DNA of 48,695 bases from Octopus bimaculoides. Taxonomy: Eukaryota. Positions 23,491-37,003 of this stretch are shown one piece after another (within the stretch, counting starts at the first letter, position 1; each line of letters opens with the position of its first letter). The notes under the pieces are model-generated. The model did not search any database. It saw nothing but the letters and a program-made list of their open reading frames with translations, and had not been told where the DNA came from. The position numbers and the translations under genes were made by a program. The stretch covers positions 149,090,995 to 149,139,689 of the forward strand of contig NC_068982.1 in NCBI RefSeq assembly GCF_001194135.2. The letters are read 5' to 3'.

Positions 23491-24144
23491 TTCATCATCA
23501 TTATCATTATTTGTTATTATTATTTGTTAATATCAAGTAGACAGGAATCTATTAACATAAGGTGTTCCCTGGATATATAAATCTGACACTTACTGGACCA
23601 CAAAATAAAGAACTACTTGCGCGTATAAGGGTTTTAGTTTATTGTTGCAGTAAGCTGCAAACCTCATAATTCTTGTCATTGCATGTACAAACACCTCCAA
23701 ACAAATAAATCTACAACACTTCAGAATACTAACACAAGACCATTCATAGAATATTCTCCCTTTCGTTTAACCCTGTCAAACAAAATAATGGATATCCGTG
23801 CAAAACATTACAGCAAACGTCAATAACCTCTTTAACACACTGTACTGGGACCTAAGACAGGTGTAGAAGAAGAGCAATTGTCAAACTCCAATTGAGTTTT
23901 CTTATGTTATATTTGCTGTGATTCCCTCAAGAACTTGTTGGATTATATGCACAGATTGAATATTATTATCATCATCATTGGACAGTATAAAAATTGAAAA
24001 GAGAAAAGGCAAGCCAAGACTTTTACAGTACCCTCCATACAATAAATTATCGCATTTAAGAGTGTATTGTATGGCCCCAAAATAGGCAGGGATGTGGTAG
24101 AGCTGAAACAATGGCTGTGTGAAGTTTATCTAAACCAACAACCT

Positions 24145-24342
24145 ATCATCATCATCATCATCATCATCGTTTAACGTCCGCTTTCCATGCTAGCATGGGT
24201 TGGACGGTTTGACTGAGGACTGGTGAAACCGGATGGCAACACCAGGCTCCAATCTAATTTGGCAGAGTTTCTACAGCTGGATGCCCTTCCTAACGCCAAC
24301 CACTCAGAGTGTAGTGGGTGCTTTTACGTGTCACCCGCACGA
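24145..24342 (-). mobile_element. Family A SINE, 3' part
   Basis: (CAT)n-CGTTTAACGTCCGCTTTCCATGCTAGCATGGG...GTGTCACCCGCAC. Confidence 0.88.
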
Positions 24343-24907
24343 AATGTGGGAACCTTTATGTGATCTCTTGCCCTCCTAGAAATAGCAACCAAATCTTATT
24401 CATATGCTGGTAGGCTGTAACCCTACCAGCATAAGAACGGATGGTTACATTGGATCATGGAGTCCTTAATAGCTAAGACAGGATCTCATGGCTGGAATAC
24501 CTTTCATTACAGATTTGCTCAAGCAGGACAAATCTTGAGCTAAATGACAATAACATTTGTAGATGTATTTGATCAGGAGTAATTTCAGAGTAAATAACAA
24601 CAACAATTAATACTCATTGCAATGAAATTACACTTCCACCAGTGATAGCATTAACATACAAAATATGCAAATGTGGTAGATTAGCAAATACAGTAAATGG
24701 AACCCAACTGGAGACCTAGATTAGTGAATGCCATATTCTGATTAATGAATATGGGTTAGCTAAGAACATTTATTTTTAAAGCATATAGTTATAGCATTCG
24801 TAGAAAACAAGATTTGATTTAAACATGTCATATAAATAATATTTTCAACTCATGGCACAAGGCCTGAAATTTTTAGTGAGGGGGCCAGTTAGTTATTATT
24901 ATTATTC

Positions 24908-26160
24908 AGTAGTTTTATTTTTATAACGTGCTTTCACTTCACTACCAAGCGCAGCTCTGTGCGCCTTGGGTATGTGCTGTGGTTTGCTGTGGTGCTCTTA
25001 TGCTTACTGTATTGAAAGTGTTTTGCGTAGAATGTGTGCAGTACTCAGTAGTGCAATTTTCTGTATGTTATATATATTTGTAAGTCCTGCTATTTTTGTT
25101 ATGTATTTGTCTGAATATTTTTTTATTATACCTAAGGCACCTACTATGATAGGAATTGTTTCTGTTTTTAGATTCCACATTCGAGTTATCTCTATTTCCA
25201 GGTCTTTGTATTTTGAAAGTTTTTCCATTNNNNNNNNNNNNNNNNNNNNNNNNNNNNNNNNNNNNNNNNNNNNNNNNNNNNNNNNNNNNNNNNNNNNNNN
25301 NNNNNNNNNNNNNNNNNNNNNNNNNNNNNNNNNNNNNNNNNNNNNNNNNNNNNNNNNNNNNNNNNNNNNNNNNNNNNNNNNNNNNNNNNNNNNNNNNNNN
25401 NNNNNNNNNNNNNNNNNNNNNNNNNNNNNNNNNNNNNNNNNNNNNNNNNNNNNNNNNNNNNNNNNNNNNNNNNNNNNNNNNNNNNNNNNNNNNNNNNNNN
25501 NNNNNNNNNNNNNNNNNNNNNNNNNNNNNNNNNNNNNNNNNNNNNNNNNNNNNNNNNNNNNNNNNNNNNNNNNNNNNNNNNNNNNNNNNNNNNNNNNNNN
25601 NNNNNNNNNNNNNNNNNNNNNNNNNNNNNNNNNNNNNNNNNNNNNNNNNNNNNNNNTATTTACCATGTAGGGGCTTTTCTTGCCATCGTTTTATCATGGT
25701 CCGTTGCTGTTCTAGTTTTAGTTTGGATTTCATTTGTTTTATAGCTTTTGTTGTTTCTTCTTCTTCTTCTTCTTCTTCTTCTTCTTCTTCGTATTTGTTA
25801 GGTAGATTGATTTCTTGTTTGTATTTGTCAGCTTCCTTAAATACTGAAAACAGTTTCTGGTTTTGCTCGTGTTTTGTGGCTATTTGTATTAGCTACCCTT
25901 GCTTCTGGAGTAGGTATTTTTGCAGTCCTATGGTGGTTATTTTATAATAGTTTTCTAGCTGTATAAGACCCCTGCCACCTTCTGTGCGTTGTATATATAG
26001 CCTTTCTATGTCAGATTTTGGGTGGTGCATCCTATATCCTGTCATTATTTTTCTTGTTTTCCTGTCTATTTTACATAGTTCGTTTAGTGTCCAGTTAAGG
26101 ATGTTGTAGCTGTAGCTTATAACTGGGACAGCTAAAGTATTGATACCCATTATCTTGTTT
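24908..26160 (-). mobile_element. R4/Dong-clade (restriction-like endonuclease) LINE, 5'-truncated, spanning an N gap
   Basis: GINTLAVPVISYSYNILNWT..IDRKTRKIMT..HHPKSDIERLYIQRTEGGRGLIQLE; RWQEKPLHGK; EKLSKYKDLEIEITRMW..IPIIVGALG..QKIALLSTAHILRKTLSIQ*. (ATT)n lies at both ends. Confidence 0.9.
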
Positions 26161-26166
26161 TTAGCA

Positions 26167-26224
<58 letters not shown>

Positions 26225-26237
26225 ATTATTATTAATG

Positions 26238-26450
26238 CAGCGAGCTGGCTGAAACATTAGCACACCAGATGAAATGCTATGTGTTATTTCGTCTGTCACT
26301 ACATTCTGAGTTCAAATTCTGTTGAGGTCGACTTTGCCTTTCATCCTTTCAGGGTCAATAAATTAAGTACTAGTGAAATACTGCGGTCGATGTAATCAAC
26401 TCATCCCCACTTCCCCCAAGCTGCCCTTGTGACAAAAATTTGAAATGATA
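26238..26450 (+). mobile_element. Family B tRNA-derived SINE
   Basis: GCGAGCTGGCTGAAACATTAGCAC..TTCTGAGTTCAAATTC..GGTCGACTTTGCCTTTCATCC. Confidence 0.85.
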
Positions 26451-26476
26451 ATAATAACTATTATTATTATTGTTAT

Positions 26477-27367
26477 TTTCTTTTTATCACAGGTTTTATT
26501 GGAACTCCTGGAGCCTTGCGTGCATATTGGGCTTACTACCTGCAGCCTACAGTACTATGTTATTTGTTCTTTTCAGTTATCTAATGCTTTCCTGATTATT
26601 CTGGCCATGCCAAGGAGGTGGACCTTTCGTAACAGTTCTACTGGGTACTCTATTCCAATTTCCTATGAAATTGTCCATGCATTCTTTTCTTTATCCACCT
26701 ATTTTCAGTTTCATTCTTTCTCAAGTGCTTGTACAGTGTTTCATCTTTGCAATCTTCCATCCCACACAAGCCTGATCTTCTTACTTCCAATAATAGCGGT
26801 TCTGTGGCATTTTTTACATACCGTGCTATGTTGTTTTCTTCTACTCTGATGCTGTGTTCACATCCAATCAGTCCTCTTCCCCCTCTTTTTCTTGGTACTC
26901 TATATCTAAGGAGTGAAACCACCCAAGTGTTAATAGCTTCAATCTTATTCCGTCCATTTAGTTTCAACTTAAGGATTCTGACTCAGCGTGTGCAAGTACT
27001 CCACCTCAAATGTTTCTGTCATTTCTTTTTCCATCAATCTATCCATTTACAATATCCCGAAGTACTTATAGCCCATCTCTTCTATCTACTTCATAACCTC
27101 CCCCTACAGTATCGCTAGCCCATCCATACATTTGATTTTACCTATCTTCAAGACTAACATACCACACTTTTTCAGTCCAAATTTCATTCTGATATCAACA
27201 CTGAAAGTATACACCATATAAATGAGGGAACTGACTTGGAATTCACCTTTACCATAAAGTTTGAAGTCATCCATGAATAACAAGCAGTTGACTTTTTGTT
27301 GGTGGCTCTTGAATGCATACCCAACCTTTGCTTTCCTCAGAATCAGTGTTAGTAGTATCATGCACAA
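26477..27367 (-). mobile_element. Second R4/Dong-clade LINE, internally deleted
   Basis: VNCLLFMDDFKLYGK (FMDD 27266-27277), MKFGLKKCG, YKYFGI, KLNGRNKIEAINTW, VPRKRGGRGLIG, WIKKRMHGQF, ELLRKVHLLGMARIIRKALDN* (stop 26573-26575). Flanked by (ATT)n. Confidence 0.9.
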
Positions 27368-27388
27368 TATTTATCATCATCATCATCA

Positions 27389-27435
<47 letters not shown>

Positions 27436-28459
27436 GAAAATATATTATTCAAATAAGTAGCAAAATTATTTACGTTTATATCATCTTCAGTTATGTATGC
27501 ACTTGCATCCTTATTCAGACTGCATGCAACCTATTGACATTTAATATTCATCATTCAATGATGTAAGTTTGACAATAATTAAGAATCCGAAACTATTTCA
27601 ATGTCTAATTTCAGAGCTTTCAGCAGATTTTTATACAAAGAAGGATTGCTTTGAAATAACTTTCATATTGATTTTGGTATTTCAATTTAAAATCCCATTG
27701 ACATTAATTTTTCCTTTTATCCCTTCACAATTCAGTAAATGAATCCTTGTAGTATTCTAGGATTGATTCAGTATATGTTTACTGCAGCAGATACTGTAGA
27801 AAAGACAATACACGCACAGTGTGCTAGATCTACAAATAGGTTACAAGTATTGCTTGCTGACAATTCATTTCACCAACTTCATTATTCTCATCGAGCCAAA
27901 TATTATTACCACAAAATCCTAATAACCTTCTGGTATAAATTTAATAACCTTCAGGTATAAATAACTTTCTGGTATAAATTCATGGCCTGGTACACAAGTT
28001 ACAATCCTCATTGTCACCTGTATTGCAATCTTCATTGTCAATTGTACAATTGCCATCATTTTGTGTTCACTAATATCATTGCTTCTGTTATAAAAATCGT
28101 TATTATCATTATCAGCATCATTATCATTACTATTAAAACCTTCACTATTATCACAACTAATAGTGTCTTTATATTCTCCTTCAAAACTGTCATTATCATC
28201 AATGCCACCATTTCTCTATAATTGTCCTTCATTTTTAACCCTCATCCTCACAATCTTTATCATTTATGGTCATCATCAGAACTATAACGGTCAAATGTCC
28301 ATTTTTCCCATGCTAATATAGCTTAAAAGCAGATAAAGAATTAATAATTATCTCATAGACAGATAATCTGCTCGGCATCAGCAAAAATGGTATTATCCAA
28401 ACTATATTATCATAATAAGATTTATATAATGTTATTATCAGAATGTTAAGATGAGAAAG

Positions 28460-28520
<61 letters not shown>

Positions 28521-28580
28521 TCTATTTATACTATATTATGTATTATATATGTATAATACATTCATACACATATACATATA

Positions 28581-28621
<41 letters not shown>

Positions 28622-29292
28622 TTGTGTGCNNNNNNNNNNNNNNNNNNNNNNNNNNNNNNNNNNNNNNNNNNNNNNNNNNNNNNNNNNNNNNNNNNNNNNN
28701 NNNNNNNNNNNNNNNNNNNNNNNNNNNNNNNNNNNNNNNNNNNNNNNNNNNNNNNNNNNNNNNNNNNNATGAAACTGAGATAACTAAGTCTCTAGAGTAT
28801 CAGATATTCAATGAAAAGATCAAGAACTTATATCCTATAATTAATATTGCTCGATATCTCTGTCTCAGCAGCCTTTTACAAGTAGCTGCAAGTGTGTCTC
28901 TTATCTAATGCAAATGACTTGTATTTACAGTGCAGTGTATTCTATTGCATTCAATAGCAAATGCATCTGATAACTAATTTTTAATTCAGATGCACATTTA
29001 GGTTGCTGTTGTTGCTGGTGTTGTTGTGTAGTCCCAGAGCAACTCTGATCAAGTTTTATGGCATTCAGGCGAATGGTCTCGCAACTAGGTTCACTTCCCT
29101 AGAGCAGTTATACCACGTCTCACCCTATTTGATATCTGTGCTATACATGCTGCAACATGCAGTGATGATATCTACAGTGACATATACTGAGGTAGCCTGG
29201 AAATGTTACTTTCTCTCTTTCTCTTTCGGTCTGTCTGTCTCTCTTTCTCTCTCTCTCTCTCTGTTTCTGTCTTCGTCTCTCTCTTTCTCTGG

Positions 29293-29338
<46 letters not shown>

Positions 29339-29980
29339 TAAACACATAAACACATGAACATGCACACATGCACACATACACACACACGCATGTATATTTA
29401 TCTGTATCTATATATAAAAAAGTATATATAAAGGAGGCCACTAGGTGGACTGCTAATGTGCTAGAAGAAGATCACATGTCATGTGTCTACTGAGACCGAA
29501 TAATTCTCAAAGGGAATACTTTTTTATATATACATATACAATAATCCTTTGAGATCTCAGATATTTTTTCTGAATCTCCCTGATTCTTTTAATGTGCTTG
29601 TTCCCTGGTATTAAGTTGATATTAATTAATATCCAATTTTTTACCCTATTGTTTAATTTAATGTATCTGTATATATATAGAGAGAGTCCAATTCCAGACA
29701 AAATAAACTGATCACACACACACACACACACACACATGCACGCACACACATACTTAAAAGAGAAGTATATTTGTCAGGCATTTTGATCTAAGACTGTGTA
29801 TTGAAACTGAAGAGATTGCAACAAGGAAAACACCATGTTAACCATTTTGAAACACACAAAAGCTATTACCATCACTTAAACATTTAGTGTTTGTAATATG
29901 GTGTGTTTCTGAATGGCTAACATGTGTCTTTCATGTTGCAATCCTTGTGTATGTGTATTTGTGTGTGTGTGCGTGCGTGC

Positions 29981-30011
<31 letters not shown>

Positions 30012-30168
30012 TGTGTGTGTGTGTTTGTGTGTGTGGTCTCAGGTTCAATCCTACTGTGTGGCACATTGGGCAAGTGTCTTCTACTTTATCCCTAAACTCA
30101 TCAAAGACACTGAAAGAAGCCGCTCATTATGCATTTATGTGTGTGTGTTTACATATACTTATAAACAT

Positions 30169-30568
30169 AGGCACAGGAGTGGCTGTGTGGTAAGTAGCTT
30201 GCTTACCGACCACATGGTTCCGGGTTCAGTCCCACCGGGTGGCATCTTGGGCAAGTGTCTTCTACTATAGCCTCAGGCCAACCAAAGCCTTGTGAGTGGA
30301 TTTGGTAGGCGGAAACTGAAAGAAGCCTGTCGTATATCTGTATATATATATGTATGTGTGTGCATATGTTTGTGTTTCTGTGCTTGTCCCCCAACATTGC
30401 TTGACAACAAATGCTGGTGTGTTAACATCCCCGTAACTTAGCAGTTTGGCAAAAAGAGACCGATAGAATAAGTACTAGGCTTACAAAGAATAAGTCCTGG
30501 GGTCGATTTGCTCAACTAAAGGCGAGGCTCCAGCATGGCTGCAGTCAAATGACTGAAACAAGTAAAAT
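30169..30568 (+). mobile_element. Family C tRNA-derived SINE, full length
   Basis: TGGCTGTGTGGTAAG (A box), GGTTCAGTCCC (B box), CTTGGGCAAGTGTCTTCTACTATAGCC core, internal (TA/TG)n, tail GCTCCAGCATGG..GACTGAAACAAGTAAAA. A near-identical inverted copy lies at 40852-41243. Confidence 0.9.
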
Positions 30569-30890
30569 AATAAAGGAAAGAATATATATATAGGGAGGTG
30601 GAGAGGGGGACAGCGACACAGAGGAGTGAGTTAGAGAGAATCTCAGCAGGTAAGATCAAAAGATGTTCAATACAGGAAACATGTAGTAGTGATCAAATGA
30701 GTTGAATTTATACCCCAAAGTCTTTATCGAGGACTAAGTCCACAACAGTAGAGTGGCTTTAAGAGGACTCCAGGTGAACTGATATGGAGATAATGATGCA
30801 AATAAAATAGATAGATAGAGAGAGAGATAGAGATATAGATAGATAGATAGATAGATAGATAAATTAGATTAGATAGACAGACAGACAGAC

Positions 30891-30927
<37 letters not shown>

Positions 30928-31144
30928 TAAGGGCTGCTGAAAAGTTGCTCGCTTTGGATAAAAGAAAATGCAGGAGGATCAGTTAATTATGATTTTATTC
31001 AACATATTTCCTCTCAGATTCAAACACTTATTGCTGCGGTCCTTCAGTTTTTCTAAGCCATGTGAAAGAAATTGCAAGGTTGGGCCTCCAACCAGGACTT
31101 TTGCACATCCCTTAAAGCCACGAACTTTTCAACACCCCCTTGCA
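30928..31144 (-). mobile_element. Non-autonomous mariner (internal deletion derivative)
   Basis: TIR-like GGGCTGCTGAAAAGTTGCTCGCTTT and reverse complement GGGTGTTGAAAAGTTCGTGGCTTT. The interior on minus encodes a transposase C-terminus, GLEKLKDRSNKCLNLRG(E)YVE*. Confidence 0.8.
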
Positions 31145-31569
31145 GATAGAGAGAAAGAGAAAATGAGAGATCTAATGAACTTCCGTGCAGTTTCCATCTT
31201 ATAAATTCACTCACAAGACATTGGTTAGTCTTGAGCTATAACAGAAGACACATAACCAATGCACCATGCAGTGAGACTGAATCTGAAAATGTGTTTGCAA
31301 ATCGAAGTTCCTAACCATACAGCCTTTACTTGCACCTTTACGTACATATATATTTTACAGGTAAATATTTATATAGCAAGACCTCCAGCAAACTGACAGG
31401 GAATCAGTACTTAATTAGTTGCACCTCCTGGAATAGTGCTGACTAGTGATTGAAAAATCATGGATTGCTAAAATTTCCTGAAGGTAATAAGTACTATCTA
31501 TAATTTAATTAACTTATTTAGCACTGAAGATGAAGCTTTGATAATGCTTAGTTAAAGTATATACATGTA

Positions 31570-32080
<511 letters not shown>

Positions 32081-32435
32081 TATGTGCGTGTTGGTATTAT
32101 CTGTAGTAGACATCTACAGAATGTGGTTTCAAGACAAAATGAGACATTGGAGAGAAAATGGTTGTGTCCTTCCCTCTGTATGAAAGAGGATATTGTAATA
32201 ATCATGCTATGAAAGATAAGGAATGGAAAGCAGGATATCTGCAGTGTGTATAAAGAATGAGCTGTCTATAAACTTATACAAATGAAAGGTGAAGCGGGTG
32301 CTGCTGAATTAAGAAATTGGTAGTTGCATATCAGATGCAGTGTTTGGTGCATGCAAATGAGAAAAGAAATCTGTATACTAGTATGGTCTTGTATTGTGAA
32401 TAGATAATGCATAGTTTCTTCTAGCAAGCTGTGCT

Positions 32436-32510
<75 letters not shown>

Positions 32511-32558
32511 TACATATATATACATACATACATACATACATATATATATGTATGTATG

Positions 32559-32591
<33 letters not shown>

Positions 32592-35224
32592 CCATTTTCA
32601 CACAGTTCCAGAAGTATGTCAGAATTTCCCTCAGAAAGGGTTTTTATACTTTGTTCAATCCAATTTTGATTTCTTGAGAACAAGTTGTTATGACTCATCT
32701 CCTTTGATACTTCTCATCCTGCAACAAAGCTGATTTAGAGACAACAAGTAGATGAATAGAAAGAGAGATAGGTCCATTCTTTTTTTGTTTTTTTTTTCTG
32801 GTGCAAGTGGACCATTAGCAGTAACCTCATGTCAATGACTCTTTCTTGCTTCAGTGCCTTTTTTGTCTTTTCAATTTTGAGATGATTTAATGGCCATATT
32901 GCTCTCCAAAAAAATCTTATCTGTTATACTGTGTTGCTGATGAACCTTTCTACAAGGGAGCTTCTGTAAGGACATACAATCTCCTACAAATATCAGCCAA
33001 ATATCTCTTAAACTGCACTATACTCTCTTGAAACATAAAAAGCCACATTGCACAACACAGTCTTATATATCCCTAAAATAACAATAATCATAGCTGGAAT
33101 GCCTTTATCAGTTTCTTTCATTTTTCTTTATCTATTTTGTTCAATATTGTTATGATTACTGAAGTAAACTCCATCATGCCATTATATTTTCTTCACTGAA
33201 AAGATTGGTATTACAATATTTCTAGTATTTCTTATTAAAAGGAGATACTGTTTTCTTATTGTCAAGTTGCAGTCATTATCCTTCATATAGCGTGGAAAAT
33301 GTTTTTAATGAATTAGTAATATTTATACTGTGAACAGAACACATTATGTCAGTGACTAATGTTAAATTAATCTGATTTTGACAAGTACAGACGAAAACTT
33401 TGAGCTTTTCTCTCAGTGGAGCATAGCCTTCACCATACTGGACTAATATTTATGATAAGAGAAATATTAGCAAACCACTTTACAATAAGTTTTTATGTAG
33501 CAATTGTCTCTAGGTAATTTTCTAGTCATCCTTTTAAGTTATTACACTACTCAATGTCCATTTAGGAAAAACATATCTCTTTAGCCACTTCTAAATCGTG
33601 CAGTCACAAGTAGACTATCATTTACTGATGAGGTCAAATAAGATTGACACTTGTCCAAAGTTATCACCACATTGCTAAAGGTTAGACTCACTTTCTGTTG
33701 CATCTTATAATTAATTAATATATTGAAGTTGTCTCCCTGTCGTTTTTAACCAGAATTAATCATTTAGGTAATGATTGCTCTCATTATTAAGGTGTAATTT
33801 TTACTAGTTAAGCTTTATTGGTTTACTGCTTCAATTTCACAAACAACACCCACTTTGCTATTAACTTCTAGTGAAGGAGGTGACCTGGGATAAATTTTCT
33901 CATTTAGTTTACTATATTGATGTATGGAATGTACATGAGTAGGAATCAAATACTATAATACTGACTGGGCATAATTACCAAGATACACCATCTGCACAAA
34001 AAAATAACAGTCCAGGTAATATCAATACAAACTGTTGGATGAAATGCTTTGCAGTTTTTGTTCTGGCTGATTTCATTCTGGTTTCAAATTATCCTAGGGA
34101 TCACTTCACATTTATTCCATCTAGGTTTGATAGAATAAAGTACCAGTCAAGTACTGGATCAATGGTATTGGCTGACCCCTTTCTCTCAATTGTTGATTTT
34201 GTGTCTAAACTAGAAACATTAATTCTAACGAAGAGAAAAAATCATTAGCTTAGTTATAATTACTTGGATACATTTTTTGTTATTCCAGTTAGTAGTGAAT
34301 GAACCAAGCTGACACAGAATTTTAGTTGTAAATGAAAATAGCCAGACTGACATATATGTAGGTAAGTAGGTAAGGAATGAGGTGAGTAAATTAGTGGATA
34401 GAGTAGAAAGGTGATGTAACTGATCAGGTGTTTATAAAGGTTCAGCATATTTTGAATGAGAATGTATCACTTAAAAAAATACAAGAGCAATTTTCCATTG
34501 CAATACATTGTTAGGTTTTGTTAAAGATAGTAACTCTTTGAAATTCCTAGGTTCCTTGCAATGTTGTTGTTTAGCATCAGGTAAGCTTTGTTCAAGTTGT
34601 TATATGACCAAATGTATTATAGCCATGACCATCCTGTCTGGTTTGGAATTTGTGTTTTTTTGGGGTTTTTTNNNNNNNNNNNNNNNNNNNNNNNNNNNNN
34701 NNNNNNNNNNNNNNNNNNNNNNNNNNNNNNNNNNNNNNNNNNNNNNNNNNNNNNNNNNNNGAGATATAAGGTCCTTAGGTCAAATATTATCTAATGATTA
34801 TTTTTTAGACTGTACAGTATGATTTGAGGGAATTCGATTGTTATTTCTAGCAGCCAGGTAACTGCATAGAATCTTCATCGTTGGTTCTAGGGTTCTTGTT
34901 ATAATATAATTAGAATGTAATTTGATTGTTTAAGTGATTTTGGTTCATTCCAGGGTATAGAATGCAAGAAAGGAAATTATTCTTTATATATTCTGAGGAA
35001 GAAATGCACAACTAGAATCTTTGCAGCTTAACTAGTGATATTGATAATACAATTGGTGTTAGATTGTAACTTTCTGTGAGTATATACCTGTACATGAGCA
35101 GGAAGAGAGTTCCAGAGATTTGCAGCTCAAGGAAGGAAAGTATTTTGGAAAAGAAATGGATCTGTCTATGACAGCAGATTATGAGAGGAAGAAGGGAAGT
35201 AGTGAATCAGGTATATTAGATAGT

Positions 35225-35480
35225 GTGGAAGCCTGTGGTTTAGTGGTCAGGGTGTCGGATTCATAACCGTAAGACTGGAGTTTCGATTCCTGGACCAGGC
35301 GAGAGGTTGTGTTCTTGAGCAAAACACTTCATTTCAAGTTGCTCCAGTCTACTCAGCTGACAAAAATGAATAATCCTACAACAGACCAGCATCTTGCCCA
35401 AGTGGGGAATTTAAATGCCATGAAACTGGGAAACCAGCACTTAAGAATCAACATGACTCAAAAAAGGTAACCTTTACTTT
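35225..35480 (+). mobile_element. Family D tRNA-derived SINE
   Basis: tRNA-like head (TGGTTTAGTGG; GTTTCGATTCC), body TTGAGCAAAACACTTCATTTC..GCTCCAGTCTACTCAGCTG, and a CTTTA-type tail. A related copy is at 35885-36160. Confidence 0.7.
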
Positions 35481-36811
35481 TACTTATATTAGATGGTTGG
35501 TGGTACATAGATGGTAGGTTCATATGAGTAAAGAGGCCAATACTAAACAAGTAACAGAGATAGATAAAACACACTACATGTTGGTGACTGGAGGTTTGCT
35601 TATCAGTCACTTCACCTTTTATTGTTTATGTAGTCCAGAATATTTACATGGAAGCAATTGCATCATCCCAGATAATAGAATAATATTTATTTTATTGAAA
35701 GCCATTCCTTTACTTTGTCGAAAGGTTAGGGTTAGTGATGTTGTTATTAGACTTAGCAGTTATGCAGAACTGAACTAGTTTCTTGCTCTGAATAATAATA
35801 AATGCAGTCTTGACTATAATGAAGATCTGTCAGGTGATATCACCATTGTAGCAATGTATACATTTATGTGTGCATATGTATGTACATGGCTTGGTGGCCA
35901 GGATATTTGGTTCACAATCATAAAGCTGTGAATTCAATTCCTGGCAGCATGTTGTACCCTTCAGCAAAACACTTTATTTCTCTTGGCTCCAATCCACTCA
36001 GCTGGCGAAAATAAGCTGTACCTGTAATTCGAAGAACCAGTCTTGTTATATTCTGAGTCACGCTGAATCTCTCGGAAAACTACATTAAGGGTATACTCAG
36101 CCACTTGCACATTAATTTCATGGGTAGACTGTTCTGGAACACTCATCGTTGTAACCAACGGAGGGCTATTTTATGTATGTATGTGCTTGTGTGTATCTGT
36201 GTGCATATGTGTGTCTACATGTGTGTGTATGCATATGTGTGTATGTGCGTGTGTATGTGCATATGTGTGTGTATATATATGTATTTAATTAGAAGAGACA
36301 GCAAATATAGGGAAATAACAGTATTGGGGAATTGACTGATCCCTGAAATACACATTAGTTAATTGAATGTAGGGTCATTAACCACTGTCAATAAATGTAC
36401 TTGATGGAGAGAATGGTAAAGGTGGTTTCTATTGGATAATAAAGCTTGCAGAAAAGAAGCTCTGTAAAGAATTTGTCGTCATGCATGATAGCTGTCATGA
36501 TTTTCATTTCACTGAAGTCTTATCTTGTTGTCTATTACNNNNNNNNNNNNNNNNNNNNNNNNNNNNNNNNNNNNNNNNNNNNNNNNNNNNNNNNNNNNNN
36601 NNNNNNNNNNNNNNNNNNNNNNNNNNNNNNNNNNNNNNNNNNNNNNNNNNNNNNNNNNNNNNNNNNNNNNNNNNNNNNNNNNNNNNNNNNNNNNNNNNNN
36701 NNNNNNNNNNNNNNNNNNNNNNNNNNNNNNNNNNNNNNNNNNNNNNNNNNNNNNNNNNNNNNNNNNNNNNNNNNNNNNNNNNNNNNNNNNNNNNNNNNNN
36801 NNNNNNNNNNN

Positions 36812-36842
<31 letters not shown>

Positions 36843-37003
36843 CGACGGTCTTCTTTTAGTTTCCGTCTACCAAATCCACTCACAAGGCTTTGGTCAGCCC
36901 AAGGCTATAGTAGAAGACACTTACCCAAGGTGCCACGCAGTGGGACTGAACCCGGAGCCATGTGGTTGGTAAGCAAGCTACTTACCACACAGCCACTCCT
37001 ACG
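36843..37003 (-). mobile_element. Family C SINE, 5' half (next to an N gap)
   Basis: Matches the reverse complement of 30169-30335. Confidence 0.85.

Noticed and set aside
33626-33650. CTGATGAG followed by a hairpin (similar CTGATGA at ~13415, 32937, 46092)
   Set aside because: No GAAA box follows the stem.
35228-35299. tRNA-like fold with a CAT anticodon-like loop
   Set aside because: Stems are imperfect and it continues directly into a SINE body and tail, so it is a SINE head rather than a tRNA gene. The same applies to 17066-17140.
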